From Alphaproteobacteria bacterium (GTDB lineage: Bacteria; Pseudomonadota; Alphaproteobacteria; SP197): a stretch of 64,000 nucleotides of DNA. The notes under the pieces were generated by a model. It saw nothing but the letters and a program-made list of their open reading frames with translations. It ran no database searches and was not told the DNA's origin. The stretch covers positions 520,610 to 584,609 of the forward strand of contig OZ219917.1 of assembly GCA_964291415.2 (NCBI GenBank), read 5' to 3'. Position numbers and translations under genes: made by a program. This document shows positions 1 to 9,276 of this stretch, in pieces. Each line of letters begins with the position of its first letter. Position 1 is the stretch's first letter.

Positions 1-650
1 GCGCGGCAGGCCGCGGGTTCGAGATCGTTCCGTCGTGTCGCCAGCTCCCGAACCAGGTCATCAAAGTTCTCCGGCGTACGGGTCAGGGGCCGGGGCGCCG
101 ACAGGGGCTCCTCGAAACCGGCGAAGACCCTTGCCGTGGAGAGCGCAGTCCCGGGATTGACGAGAACGAGGGCGCACGCGGGAAGTGGTTCCATGGGCGT
201 GACGACGTCGCCGGTCCCTGCAGTCATGACCGTGCCGTCATGAAGACAGGAAGGAACGTCGGCGCCGAGCGTTGCCGCGATGGCCGGAAGATTGTCGGTC
301 AGGCCCGAGACTGCCCGCAGCGTGGCGGCGGCGTCGGCCGAACCTCCTCCCAGGCCCGAGGCGACAGGAATGTTCTTTTCCAGAACGATGCGGAATGCCC
401 TTGTCGGCGCGACGGCCGCGACCGCCCGCGTCACCAGGTTCCGAGATCCGTCCAGGTCCTTCAAGGCTGCGGAAAAGCGTCCGGTCACCTTGAGCGCCGT
501 GGACTCTGCCGGAGTGAACCACAGGCGGTCGGCCAGAGAGGTGCGCACATGCAGGCTGTCCAGACTGTGGTAACCGTTGGCCAGGCGCCCGGTCACGTGA
601 AGCCACAGGTTGACCTTGGCATGGGCCGGGACCGCCCTTTCACTGACCAT
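1..650 (-). CDS. ispE: 4-diphosphocytidyl-2-C-methyl-D-erythritol kinase IspE; N-terminal ~216 codons, the rest lies beyond the left edge
   Basis: Hand translation of the minus strand from ATG (CAT at 648-650) gives MVSERAVPAHAKVNLWLHVTGRLANGYHSLDSL...IVLEKNIPVASGLGGGSADAAATLRAV, which carries the GHMP-kinase Gly-rich motif. The frame stays open to position 1, so it is absent from the ORF track. It overlaps the TPR gene stop by 11 nt. Confidence 0.85.
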   Translation of the reverse strand, partial: MVSERAVPAHAKVNLWLHVTGRLANGYHSLDSLHVRTSLADRLWFTPAESTALKVTGRFSAALKDLDGSRNLVTRAVAAVAPTRAFRIVLEKNIPVASGLGGGSADAAATLRAVSGLTDNLPAIAATLGADVPSCLHDGTVMTAGTGDVVTPMEPLPACALVLVNPGTALSTARVFAGFEEPLSAPRPLTRTPENFDDLVRELATRRNDLEPAACR

Positions 651-2346
651 CGTCATCGAGTCCCGCCTCGAGCTTGCGGCGCACGGCGTCGACAAGGTCC
701 TCGTCGTCCGGCGCCAGCGTCAGCACGTGGCGCCACTGGAATCGTGCCTCGTAGTATCGCCCGGTTTTCCAGTAGGCATCGCCCAGGTGGTCGATGATCA
801 CGGCTTCGGCCGGTGCCAGGCCGACGGCGCGTTCCAGTTCGACGACGGCTTCGTCGTAGCGGCCGAGCCGGTAGAGCACCCATCCCAGGCTGTCGATCAC
901 CATGCCGTCATTGGGTGTCCGCTCAAGGGCGCGTTCGATGAGATCAAGAGCTTCGTCGAGGTTCTCGTTCCTGTCGGCCCACGAGTACCCGAGGTAGTTG
1001 AGGAGCCAGGGATCGTCCGGCCGCGATTCCAGGGATTCGAGAAAGGCCTTTTCGGCGCGCTCCCATTGCCCCGTCATCTCCAGCACCGCCCCCAGATCGA
1101 AGAGGAGCTCCGGCCGGCGGTACGATCTTTCATCAAGCAGGTGGAGCGCTTCATCGTAGGCTTCTACCGCCTCGTCCCATCTGCGGTGCGAACGCATGAT
1201 GTCGCCGATGGCCATGAAGGGATCGGCGCTCTCCGGCCGCTCCCGCGAGAGGACGCGTCCCAGTGTGACGGCGTCTTCGGTGAAACCCGCATCGTTGAGG
1301 CTGCGAACACGGCGAAGCCGGGCATTCCAGGCAAGGGGAGAGTCGGGCGCCACACGGCCGTAGGCCGCCGCCGAGGCGTCGTCGCGCCGCAATCGGGAGA
1401 GCACGTCCCCGGTCATGAAGTGAATGCGGTCGTCCGAGGGTTGGAGCCAGGCTGCGTGATTGAGCAGTGCAAGGGCCGCAGTTCCCCGGCGTTCGCCGAG
1501 CAACTGGCGTGCGGTTTCCGCAAGGGTGTCGGTGATCGCCTGAAACGCGTCGGGTCGCTCGGGCGGCGCTCCGCCGGCAAGCGCCCGTAGAGCGGCCTCC
1601 TCGAACCACGGACTCTCCGGGTTGATCTCCATGAACCGGCGGTAGAGGCCGGCGGCGTCCTCGCCCCGTCCGAGGCGCTCCAGAAAACCGCCGTAGGCTC
1701 GCGTTGTTTCCCAGGTGACGGTTTCTCCGGCTTCCATGGCCTCGCCGAAGGCCGTCTCGGCCACCCCGGACTCTCCCGCGGCGTCGCTGAGAAGGGCGAC
1801 GTGATAGGCGATGAGGGGGTCACTGCCTGGCGCGGTGGTATCGAGGATTTCGAGGGCGCGCGCAGGATCACCCCCATGTGCCGCCGCCCAGGCGCGCGCG
1901 ATGACGGCGAACGTGCCGAGCGGGCCTTCGGAGCTGAACCGGGCAAGGGCGTCGCCCGTGGCACCCTCATCACCTTCCGTCAGGGCGTCGAGAAGAAGCG
2001 TGACAGGGGAGATCTCAGTGATGACGTTCACGTCGGCGAGGTGTCGGGCCAGTTCGAGCGCCTGGTCAATCCGGCCGGCAGACACCATGGCCTTGTACGT
2101 CTGGCCGAGGAGCGTCACGTCCCCCGGACGGTGTTCAAGCGCCTGCGAAAGGAAGTCGGCCCTCGCCTCCATGTCACCCTGGTAAGCGGCGGCCCTCGAC
2201 GCAAGGTAGGCACCGCTCATCGAGTCGAGATCGGTGACAGCACGGGCGCCCGGCACCATCGCCAGGCCCAGCAGCACAACGACCGTGCAGACGAGGCCGT
2301 GGCACGCCCTGGACGTACCCTCGATCCTGAACGAAAAATCAACCAT
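640..2346 (-). CDS. secreted tetratricopeptide-repeat protein
   Basis: ORF 640-2445. The internal ATG at 2346 starts a signal-peptide-like stretch (MVDFSF...VVLLGLAMVPGARA). Repeated TPR-type helices are present, e.g. LGWVLYRLGRYDEAVVELERAV and LGDAYWKTGRYYEARFQW. Confidence 0.8.
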   Translation of the reverse strand: MVDFSFRIEGTSRACHGLVCTVVVLLGLAMVPGARAVTDLDSMSGAYLASRAAAYQGDMEARADFLSQALEHRPGDVTLLGQTYKAMVSAGRIDQALELARHLADVNVITEISPVTLLLDALTEGDEGATGDALARFSSEGPLGTFAVIARAWAAAHGGDPARALEILDTTAPGSDPLIAYHVALLSDAAGESGVAETAFGEAMEAGETVTWETTRAYGGFLERLGRGEDAAGLYRRFMEINPESPWFEEAALRALAGGAPPERPDAFQAITDTLAETARQLLGERRGTAALALLNHAAWLQPSDDRIHFMTGDVLSRLRRDDASAAAYGRVAPDSPLAWNARLRRVRSLNDAGFTEDAVTLGRVLSRERPESADPFMAIGDIMRSHRRWDEAVEAYDEALHLLDERSYRRPELLFDLGAVLEMTGQWERAEKAFLESLESRPDDPWLLNYLGYSWADRNENLDEALDLIERALERTPNDGMVIDSLGWVLYRLGRYDEAVVELERAVGLAPAEAVIIDHLGDAYWKTGRYYEARFQWRHVLTLAPDDEDLVDAVRRKLEAGLDDDGQ

Positions 2347-2443
2347 CTGAAACAACACGGTTGTCTCTCTCACAGTTTCGTGCCTGAGGCACCGAAACAA
2401 GACGTTTCCGTGTTCCCGATGCAACAGGGAAGGGAGAGAAACC

Positions 2444-3120
2444 ATGGCGACCAGCCGCCTTGCGCAACGTCATGTCGATATCCTCAAGCCAGGCAGGAAA
2501 GTTCGTGACATCCGCGTCAGGAAACTCAAGGGCCCTTCGGCATCCGGATCCTGCCTTCAGGTCGCAAGTGTCATTTTCTCCACAGCCAGGTCGACGGTCA
2601 ACGTGTCTGTCATGCCATCGGTGACGCCGTGGACATCACCCTGGCGTGCGCACGTTCAAGGTCAGTCTCCGATGCCACCGGAACCAGAGCCAGCCCAGGT
2701 TCAAGGGCGGGACGATGGCCGACATGACGTGGGCCGATGTCCGGAAGTGCTTTGCCTCACTCCTTGAGACACCGGCAGTCGTGGATCGTTCGACACCGTT
2801 TCTCGCGGTCATCCTCAGACAGTCCGAGATCTTCCCGGTTTCACGTCCGGCCGTCTATCGGACACTGAACATGCGGCGGACCGCCTGGAGTGTCATTTCG
2901 CACTGGGCCGAGATTGACCCGCACACTGGCACTCAAGGCCTCGGGCAGGACTGCGGTTTCGAAGTTCAGCAAGAACGGCGCGAAAGTCGATCTGAAGAGG
3001 TCAGACACACGGCCGGCGAGAGGCGCCTCATTGCGCTTCGTCCTGCCGTCTCGCACCAGTCAGCAGGCACGGAACTTCGTCGCGGAGGAAAGGATGAGCG
3101 TGAAATCAGACCATGCTGAT
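2444..3120 (+). pseudogene. decayed tyrosine (phage-type) integrase: N-terminal arm and core-binding parts only, multiple frameshifts, catalytic domain missing
   Basis: Pieces in three plus frames join into an integrase-like N-terminus. Frame 1 reads LAQRHVDILKPGRKVRDIRVRKLKG. Frame 2 reads FGIRILPSGRKCHFLHSQVDGQRVCHAIGDAVDITLACARSR. Frame 3 reads MADMTWADVRKCFASLLETPAVVDRSTPFLAVILRQSEI ... HWAEID. I saw no R..HxxR..Y catalytic region. The remnant ends against the permease stop at 3151. Confidence 0.6.
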
Positions 3121-3150
3121 ACGCTGTCGTTCGGTCAAGTGTTGGCACCG

Positions 3151-4164
3151 CTATCCCTGCATTTTCCGCATCCTGAACAACAACAGGAACACGAAGGTAG
3201 AACCGATCGAAGTGGTCACGATCCCGACCGGCAATTCCTGTGGTGCAAGGATAAGCCGGCTCAGCATATCCGAGACGGTGAGCAATACGGCGCCCACGAT
3301 GGCCGCCGTTGGCACAAGCTGGCGGTGCAGCGGCCCCACAATTCCGCGCGCCAGGTGCGGCACCATCAAGCCCACAAAGCCGATCACGCCAGCGACAGAC
3401 ACAAACACGGCCGTGGCCAGTGCGGCCACGAAGAACATGCTGAAACGCAACCCCTGCACCGGCACACCAAGGGTCGACGCTGTGCGGTCTCCGGTCAGGA
3501 GCGCGTCCATCCATCGGTTGCGATAAAGGGAGTAGGCCAGGATCAGCACCAGTCCGGTGCAGACCAGCGGGAAGGTTCCCCATCGGGCCAGACCAAGGCC
3601 GCCCAGCATCCAGAAAATCACCGAATGCGCGGCACGGCTGTCGCCCGCGAAAATGAGATAGTTGGTAATCGCCGCAAAGAGGAAGGACACTGCCAGTCCG
3701 GCGAGGATCAGCTTCTCTGGCGCGCTGGTGCGCAGACCGTGGACAAGCCCCAGCACAATGCCGGAGGCCACGAGACCACCGCAGAACGCCGCCAGCGGAA
3801 GCGTCCAGATGCCCAGAATGTCGCCCGTCACCGTGATGACAAAAACAGCGCCCGCAGCCGCGCCCGATGACAACCCGAACAGGAACGGATCGGCCAGGTC
3901 GTTGCGTGTGGTTGTTTGCAAAACCACACCGACGATGCCCAGTCCGGCGCCGATCACCGCCGCAAAGAGCGCGCGCGGCAAGCGCAGGTCGAACACGATC
4001 AGATGCAACGGAGATACATCGCCCTCGACAATCCCGCTGTTCAGGGCCATCGCCTCGACAACGTCGGAAAGCGCAATTGGTGTCGTACCGTAGAGGGTCG
4101 ACGCCAGAAAAAGGGCGGCCAGAACGACCGCCCCCACAAGATTGACCAGACCCAATCGGAGCAA
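3151..4164 (-). CDS. FecCD/BtuC-family ABC permease (iron-chelate / corrinoid type)
   Basis: 337-aa ORF, multi-pass hydrophobic. Family-typical stretches include LLTGDRTASTLGV and VGFVGLMVPHLAR. TTG start 1 nt after the upstream SBP stop. Confidence 0.88.
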   Translation of the reverse strand: MLRLGLVNLVGAVVLAALFLASTLYGTTPIALSDVVEAMALNSGIVEGDVSPLHLIVFDLRLPRALFAAVIGAGLGIVGVVLQTTTRNDLADPFLFGLSSGAAAGAVFVITVTGDILGIWTLPLAAFCGGLVASGIVLGLVHGLRTSAPEKLILAGLAVSFLFAAITNYLIFAGDSRAAHSVIFWMLGGLGLARWGTFPLVCTGLVLILAYSLYRNRWMDALLTGDRTASTLGVPVQGLRFSMFFVAALATAVFVSVAGVIGFVGLMVPHLARGIVGPLHRQLVPTAAIVGAVLLTVSDMLSRLILAPQELPVGIVTTSIGSTFVFLLLFRMRKMQG

Positions 4165-4165
4165 G

Positions 4166-5116
4166 TCAGTTCAACCCTGGGTGCATGGCCTGCGCCATTC
4201 TTGCGATCGCGCGGATGTTTGCCGGGCCAGGTGTCAACTCTTCGTACCGCAAGCCGATCCAGCGTTCGTTCCTGACCGCGTCCGTCTGAGACATCAACGG
4301 GTGCTCTTGCAGGAACTTGAACGTGTCGGCCGCGCCGTTTCCTGTCTGATAGTCGAGCAGCACCAGAAACTCCGGATTGGCGGCAGCCACCGCCTCCCAG
4401 GAAGCGCGGCCCCAGCTTGTATCGAGATCATGGGTGATGTTCGCGCCGCCCGCAGATGCGATCATCGCATCGGGAATGGCGAACTTGCCCGCGGTGAAGG
4501 GCGCATCGGCCGGGCCATCCAGGAGGAAGACGCGGGGTCTTTCCAGGTCGGCGGTCTGCGTTTCGATGGCGGCGAGTTCCGCTTTCCAGTCAGCCACAAG
4601 CTTTTCGGCCCTGTCTTCAACTTGCATGACCTCGCCAAGGCGCAGAACGTCGTCAAACAGCAGGTCCATGCTGGCGGCGGGGCGATCCTTGTCGAGATGC
4701 ACACAGCTTTCGGTCAGAACCATGGTCTTGATGCCGAAGGGCGCAAGCGTGTCGGGTGTGACATCGCCGCCGGGGCGCATGCCATAGTACCAACCGGCAA
4801 AGAACAGATCCGGTTCCACCGAAATGAGGTTTTCGATTGTTGGGTACTTTGGTGCCAGCTCGGGTATGTCGCCGCGCAGCTCATCAAAATCAGGACTTGT
4901 CTTGTACCATCCGGTGATACCTGTCAGGCCGACAATCTTGTCCTGCAGTTCCAGTGCAAAGGCCATGTCGGTCATGTTCATGTCATGCACCACAATCCGC
5001 TCGGGCGCGGTATCGAAGACCAGCGGTTCACCGCAATTGTCGACAGTGATGCCGTCGGCGGCGGCGGCGCTGGCAAGGGCGGCAGCCGCACTTGCCAGCA
5101 AGAGGTATCGAATCAC
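4166..5116 (-). CDS. periplasmic substrate-binding protein of the FecCD-type importer (PBP type 2)
   Basis: 316 aa with signal peptide MIRYLLLASAAAALASAAAADG. Sits in an operon between the ATPase and the permease, with a 4-nt overlap with the ATPase stop. Confidence 0.8.
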   Translation of the reverse strand: MIRYLLLASAAAALASAAAADGITVDNCGEPLVFDTAPERIVVHDMNMTDMAFALELQDKIVGLTGITGWYKTSPDFDELRGDIPELAPKYPTIENLISVEPDLFFAGWYYGMRPGGDVTPDTLAPFGIKTMVLTESCVHLDKDRPAASMDLLFDDVLRLGEVMQVEDRAEKLVADWKAELAAIETQTADLERPRVFLLDGPADAPFTAGKFAIPDAMIASAGGANITHDLDTSWGRASWEAVAAANPEFLVLLDYQTGNGAADTFKFLQEHPLMSQTDAVRNERWIGLRYEELTPGPANIRAIARMAQAMHPGLN

Positions 5117-5913
5117 GTGTTGTTCCTTTCCATCGAGAGTTCAGTTTTTCGGATATCCAGCGCGGGGATCAGGCGACCTTGATGTGCAAACTGCAGGTAG
5201 GTGACGCCGAAAATGTCCTGCACACGGTCGGGCGTCAGCACTTCGTTGACGGGGCCAAACCCGGTCAGCCGGGCTGTGTTGATCAGGGCGACATGGCTGG
5301 CGAACTCGGGGATCATCACCAGATCGTGAACGGTCATGACCACGGTGATACCCAGTTCGGTCACCAACGACAGCATGCGGCCCTTGGCGTCCGGATCGAG
5401 GTGGTTGGTGGGCTCGTCCAGAAACAAGAGCGACGGATTCTGCGCCAGGGCCCGGGCAATATGCGCCCGTTGTCGTTCGCCACCCGACAGGACGGCCATC
5501 CGCTTTTCGGCCAGGTCAGTGAGGCTTGTGAGACGCAGAATTCGCTCCATGTCTTCCGCATGCGCCTGGCTTGATCGGTCAGCCTGGATTGGTATCTGCC
5601 CGAGGGCCACGTAATCGCGCAGGAAGAGCCGCCCATCGGGCAACTCTTGCTGGCTGACCACAGCGATCATGCGGGCGCGCTCCGTGGCGGAAAGCAGTTT
5701 CAGATTGCGCCCGCTGATCAGCACATCACCGCCTGTTGGCGCTTCGGCGCCACTCAGAAGGCGAAGGAGTGTGGTTTTCCCGGCGCCGTTCGGCCCGGCG
5801 ATGGCAAGAATGGTCCCGCCGTCCACGCTGAAGGACATGTCCTCTACCAGCGTGGTGCCGTTGGCCGCATCGTAACGCAGATCTTCGGCGACAAGGAACG
5901 ACTGGCCGGTCAT
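5113..5913 (-). CDS. ABC transporter ATP-binding protein (FepC/BtuD-like)
   Basis: Walker A GPNGAGKTT, signature LSGGERQR, Walker B LLFLDEPTNHLD. The ORF runs to 6195 but its first 94 codons are Arg/Pro-rich junk. Start taken at ATG 5913 (MTGQSFLVAEDLRY). Confidence 0.9.
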   Translation of the reverse strand: MTGQSFLVAEDLRYDAANGTTLVEDMSFSVDGGTILAIAGPNGAGKTTLLRLLSGAEAPTGGDVLISGRNLKLLSATERARMIAVVSQQELPDGRLFLRDYVALGQIPIQADRSSQAHAEDMERILRLTSLTDLAEKRMAVLSGGERQRAHIARALAQNPSLLFLDEPTNHLDPDAKGRMLSLVTELGITVVMTVHDLVMIPEFASHVALINTARLTGFGPVNEVLTPDRVQDIFGVTYLQFAHQGRLIPALDIRKTELSMERNNT

Positions 5914-6049
5914 GTGCCTATCGTCCGCGTTGCGGACAAGGCGTCCGTTATCTGCGGGGACGCCGTCTGCGGGCTCTGGATTGACTCGAGGCGGGCAAGG
6001 TTTTTCGGGAGCAGGACCTCCATTGTCCAGCCGCGCCGCAGCGTTGCAT

Positions 6050-6490
6050 TCAGGTTCGAACGGAGCACGCAGATGTCGCTTCAAGCAGGGTGACGAGATC
6101 GGATGAACGTCCGGGCGGGGGCAAGCGCCCCAGAGTCCGCGCACGCAGGGCTGCCGGTCGCGCCCTGCGTCGCGGAAACCCCTCCGGCGCAGCAAGATGG
6201 AGAGGAATCAAGTCCTTGAGCGCCTCGACATGACTCGGATCGGCAGGGTCCAGGTCGCCAAACATGTATGAGAAGCGCCCGCTGGAACTGAGTGACACGA
6301 CACATGGGCGTTCGCACTGGCTCATGCACCGCACACCCAGCACCTCGAACCCTTGATGCGGCGCAGTTCCACCGTGCAACAAGAACGCTTGGGCAAGACG
6401 CGTACCTCACGGACATCCCTCTGGACGGCCTGAAGCCCGTCCAGGTGGGTCATGCAGAACGAAAAGAGCGGCTTGGTCATGGTCCACGTC
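6050..6490 (-). pseudogene. small Cys-motif metal-binding-type ORF (DUF1636-like by memory), apparently frameshifted
   Basis: Frame B (6382-6050) reads FEVLGVRCMSQCERPCVVSLSSSGRFSYMFGDLDP...LHLAAPEGFPRRRARPAALRARTLGRLPP. The likely N-terminus MTKPLFSFCMTHLDGLQAVQRDVREV starts at ATG 6490 in another frame and stops after 52 codons. The family assignment comes from recollection of the C..CER.C pattern, not from a search. Confidence 0.35.
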
Positions 6491-6497
6491 GATCATA

Positions 6498-6516
6498 TGT
6501 AATGTTATAACGTTGC
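6498..6516. promoter_or_regulatory. Zur-box-like palindrome in the divergent promoter region
   Basis: TGTAATGTTATAACGTTGC. The core ATGTTATAACGT is a 2-mismatch palindrome and matches the TGTTATA / TATAACA core of known Zur operators. It lies 8 nt from ATG 6490 (minus strand) and about 57 nt upstream of the zur GTG. Confidence 0.6.
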
Positions 6517-6572
6517 GTCCACTATCTTCATCTGCTAACCTCGTCAAGAGCGCTGACGACACGGAGGCAAAG

Positions 6573-6977
6573 GTGCCGCGGGGACGAATTCGCCTGACAC
6601 ATGCTGACAGGGTGCTCGAGGTTCTAAGGCGTCAGGAGTGCCCGCTCTCTGCCTACGAGATTCTGGAAGCTCTCCGCGAAGACGGCGTGTCCGCGGCGAC
6701 GACCGTCTACAGGGCACTGGACAAGTTGCTTGAGGCCGGCCACGTGCACCGGATCGAGTCCCTGAACGCTTGGACAGCGTGCCGCGAACCGCATCATTCC
6801 GAGACTCCGGTCTTCGAGATCTGCGATGGCTGCGGCAGTGTCACGGAGCATGTGACTTCTCACCTTGCCCGCGACATCGCGGCCCTGTCCACGGACTCAG
6901 GATTCGCGCCCGATCGCTCGGTCATCGAGATCCACGGGCGCTGCAGCGATTGCGGTGCAACCGCACCAAACACTTGA
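6573..6977 (+). CDS. zur: Fur-family transcriptional regulator, Zur-type by context
   Basis: Winged-helix stretch [37 protein letters not shown] plus two CxxC pairs (CDGCG, CSDCG). GTG at 6573 is preceded by GGAGG at 6563-6567. The ORF track starts at TTG 6513, inside the Zur box. Confidence 0.8.
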   Translation: MPRGRIRLTHADRVLEVLRRQECPLSAYEILEALREDGVSAATTVYRALDKLLEAGHVHRIESLNAWTACREPHHSETPVFEICDGCGSVTEHVTSHLARDIAALSTDSGFAPDRSVIEIHGRCSDCGATAPNT

Positions 6978-6996
6978 CACTCGAAAAGGACGAGAG

Positions 6997-7968
6997 ATGG
7001 ACAATCCCGCACAAGTTCCCGTCACCGTGCTCACCGGCTTCCTCGGCGCCGGCAAGACAACGCTTCTGAATCGCATCCTCACTGAGCGCCATGGCAAGCG
7101 CTATGCGGTCATCGTCAACGAGTTTGGCGAGGAAGGCATCGACAACGATCTTGTTGTAGATGCAGACGAGGAAGTGTTCGAAATGAACAACGGCTGCATA
7201 TGCTGCACCGTCCGCGGCGATCTGATCCGGATCCTCGGCGGCTTGATGAAGCGCGGCGACCAGTTTGCCGCCATTATTGTCGAAACCACCGGTCTTGCCG
7301 ATCCGGCACCCGTGGCACAGACCTTCTTCGTCGACCAGGATGTCGCTGACCGCACGCGGCTTGATGCCATTGTGACCGTGGCGGATGCCGTCCATCTCGA
7401 CGCGCAGCTCGGCGAGCATCACGAAGCGGAGGAACAAGTGGCGTTTGCCGATGTTGTGCTGCTCAACAAGACCGATCTCGTGGAAGCCGATGGACTTGAG
7501 CGGGTCGAGGCGCGGATCCGCAAGATCAATCCCTATGCGAAGATCATCCGCACCGCGCATTGCGCGGCACCGCTGGGTGAGGTTCTTGGGCTGAATGCGT
7601 TCAGCCTCGATCGCGTCCTGGAGGTGGAACCCGACTTTTTGACCTCCGATCACGATCACGACCACGACGATGACGTCACAAGCCTCTCACTTGTCTCGGA
7701 AACGCCGCTTGATCTCGACAGGTTCCAGAAGTGGTTCGGTCAGCTCCTGCAGCAGCGCGGACAAGACATACTGCGCTCGAAGGGTATCCTGGACTTTTCC
7801 GGTCATGACGACCGTTACGTCTTCCAGGGGGTGCACATGCTGATGGACGGGTCGCCAATGGGGCCGTGGCCAGAGGACAAGCCCCGCGTGTCGCGTGTGG
7901 TGTTCATCGGTCGCGATCTCGAAAACATGGGACTGAAGGAAGGGTTTGAGGCTTGTCGGGCGGCGTGA
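6997..7968 (+). CDS. COG0523 (CobW/YjiA/ZigA-like) G3E GTPase, putative zinc metallochaperone
   Basis: P-loop [18 protein letters not shown] metal motif, and a His/Asp-rich insert DHDHDHDDD (nt 7648-7674). Immediately downstream of zur. Start at ATG 6997 ([14 protein letters not shown]). Confidence 0.88.
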   Translation: MDNPAQVPVTVLTGFLGAGKTTLLNRILTERHGKRYAVIVNEFGEEGIDNDLVVDADEEVFEMNNGCICCTVRGDLIRILGGLMKRGDQFAAIIVETTGLADPAPVAQTFFVDQDVADRTRLDAIVTVADAVHLDAQLGEHHEAEEQVAFADVVLLNKTDLVEADGLERVEARIRKINPYAKIIRTAHCAAPLGEVLGLNAFSLDRVLEVEPDFLTSDHDHDHDDDVTSLSLVSETPLDLDRFQKWFGQLLQQRGQDILRSKGILDFSGHDDRYVFQGVHMLMDGSPMGPWPEDKPRVSRVVFIGRDLENMGLKEGFEACRAA

Positions 7969-9032
7969 CGCCGGACCTGCAGAGGCATGTCAATCGGCGG
8001 CGCGGCTTCCCGGAATCCGAGTTGGAGAAGCGCGGCCTGAAGCTTGAGATCGGTGCTCCGGTCACGGGTGCCATTGCCGTAGGCAACGCCGTCGTCGTGG
8101 CTTCTGGTGATGGAACCCTTCACTTTTTCCGCCCTGAAACGGACCCCACCGTGACGAAGGCCCATGATGGTGCCGTCCTCTGCCTGGTCGCGGATGCCGA
8201 TCACGTGCTGACCGGGGGCGATGATGGACGTTGTCTCCGCATAGCGCTCGATGGCCAGGTCGAAGAGATCGCCAGTTTCGGCTCGCGCTGGGTCGATTGT
8301 GTTGCCGCTGGTCATGGGCAATGGGCGTGTTCCTCCGGACGGACCGTGAATGTCTGGCGCAAGGGAGAAACCTCGGCGACATCGCTCGAGCACGTCAGCA
8401 CCATCGGGGGTCTCGCTTTCGACGCGAAGGGCAAGCGCCTGGCCGCCGCCCACTATGGCGGCGCGACGGTCTGGGAGCGCGGGGAGCGGCGGTGGAAGCG
8501 CTCGAAGCTTGTCTGGAAAGGATCCCATGGTGCCGTGACCTTCAGTCCGGACGGCAAGTATCTGGTCACGGCCATGCAGGAAAATGCGCTTCACTGCTGG
8601 CGCCTCCGCGACAAGGGCGACATGGCCATGCAGGGATACCCGGCCAAGATCAAGAGCTTCGCGTGGGTAGGCGATGCCCCTCACCTGGCTACATCCGGCG
8701 CGGATGAAGCGATCTGTTGGCCCTTCAACGGGAAGGACGGACCCATGGGCCTGGCGCCACTTTGCGTCGCCCGTGGGGGCAAGCATCTGGCAACGTGCGT
8801 ACAGTCCCTGAGCGAGGAGAATGCTGTCTTTGCCGGATTTCAGGACGGTGCCGTTCTCTTGGCCGAGCTTGATGAAGCCAAGGAGTCGATAGTCATTCGA
8901 GGTTCTGCGGGCGCCGAAGTGACAGCCATTGCCGTCACCAAGTCCCTGTCGCATGTGTTGATTGGCGATGCGAAGGGCAGTGTTCTCTGGGCGACACTGT
9001 GGGCAGGAGACACGCATGCGCGGACTGTTTGA
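7953..9032 (+). CDS. WD40-repeat beta-propeller protein
   Basis: 359-aa ORF with repeated strand and turn patterns ([38 protein letters not shown]). An alternative GTG at 7965 overlaps the COG0523 stop as GTGA. Confidence 0.75.
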   Translation: MSGGVTPDLQRHVNRRRGFPESELEKRGLKLEIGAPVTGAIAVGNAVVVASGDGTLHFFRPETDPTVTKAHDGAVLCLVADADHVLTGGDDGRCLRIALDGQVEEIASFGSRWVDCVAAGHGQWACSSGRTVNVWRKGETSATSLEHVSTIGGLAFDAKGKRLAAAHYGGATVWERGERRWKRSKLVWKGSHGAVTFSPDGKYLVTAMQENALHCWRLRDKGDMAMQGYPAKIKSFAWVGDAPHLATSGADEAICWPFNGKDGPMGLAPLCVARGGKHLATCVQSLSEENAVFAGFQDGAVLLAELDEAKESIVIRGSAGAEVTAIAVTKSLSHVLIGDAKGSVLWATLWAGDTHARTV

Positions 9033-9276
9033 TCCCAAACGCCCCGATCCGAAGGCCGTGCGTCGGATCAAGATGCTCATAGCGGAGCGCTTCGATCTGC
9101 CTGAGAGCACGACACTCGCTGTGGCGGAACTGCGCTGCCATGAGCCGGATTGTCCACCGGTCGAGACAGTCATCACGGCACGGCAAGCCGATGGGTCCAT
9201 GCGGGACTGGCGGGTCGCCAAGCCTCTGAACGATGTTGAGCGCGCCGACATCGACATGCTGCACCACCAACCGTGA
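9016..9276 (+). CDS. small conserved-looking hypothetical protein (86 aa)
   Basis: ATG 9016 follows GGCAGGAGA and overlaps the WD40 gene 3' end by 17 nt. Sequence is [28 protein letters not shown]...CHEPDCPPVETVI. Function unknown. Confidence 0.55.
   Translation: MRGLFDPKRPDPKAVRRIKMLIAERFDLPESTTLAVAELRCHEPDCPPVETVITARQADGSMRDWRVAKPLNDVERADIDMLHHQP

Noticed and set aside
5914-6195. N-terminal extensions suggested by the ORF track. Examples: ABC ATPase to 6195, thrS to 40527, NDUFA9-like to 54125 (running across tRNA-Leu), TPR to 2445, DppA-like from 24507.
   Set aside because: The extensions are junk-like (Arg/Pro-rich), lack an RBS, and overlap other features. Internal starts with an SD, a signal peptide or a family-typical N-terminus were preferred.
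5914-6500. Possible cobalamin riboswitch upstream of the BtuCDF-like / FecCD-type importer.
   Set aside because: I looked on the minus strand for a B12-box-like element (GCCACTG context) and the conserved stems and did not see them. The region is better explained by the broken small ORF plus the Zur box. A covariance-model scan would settle it.
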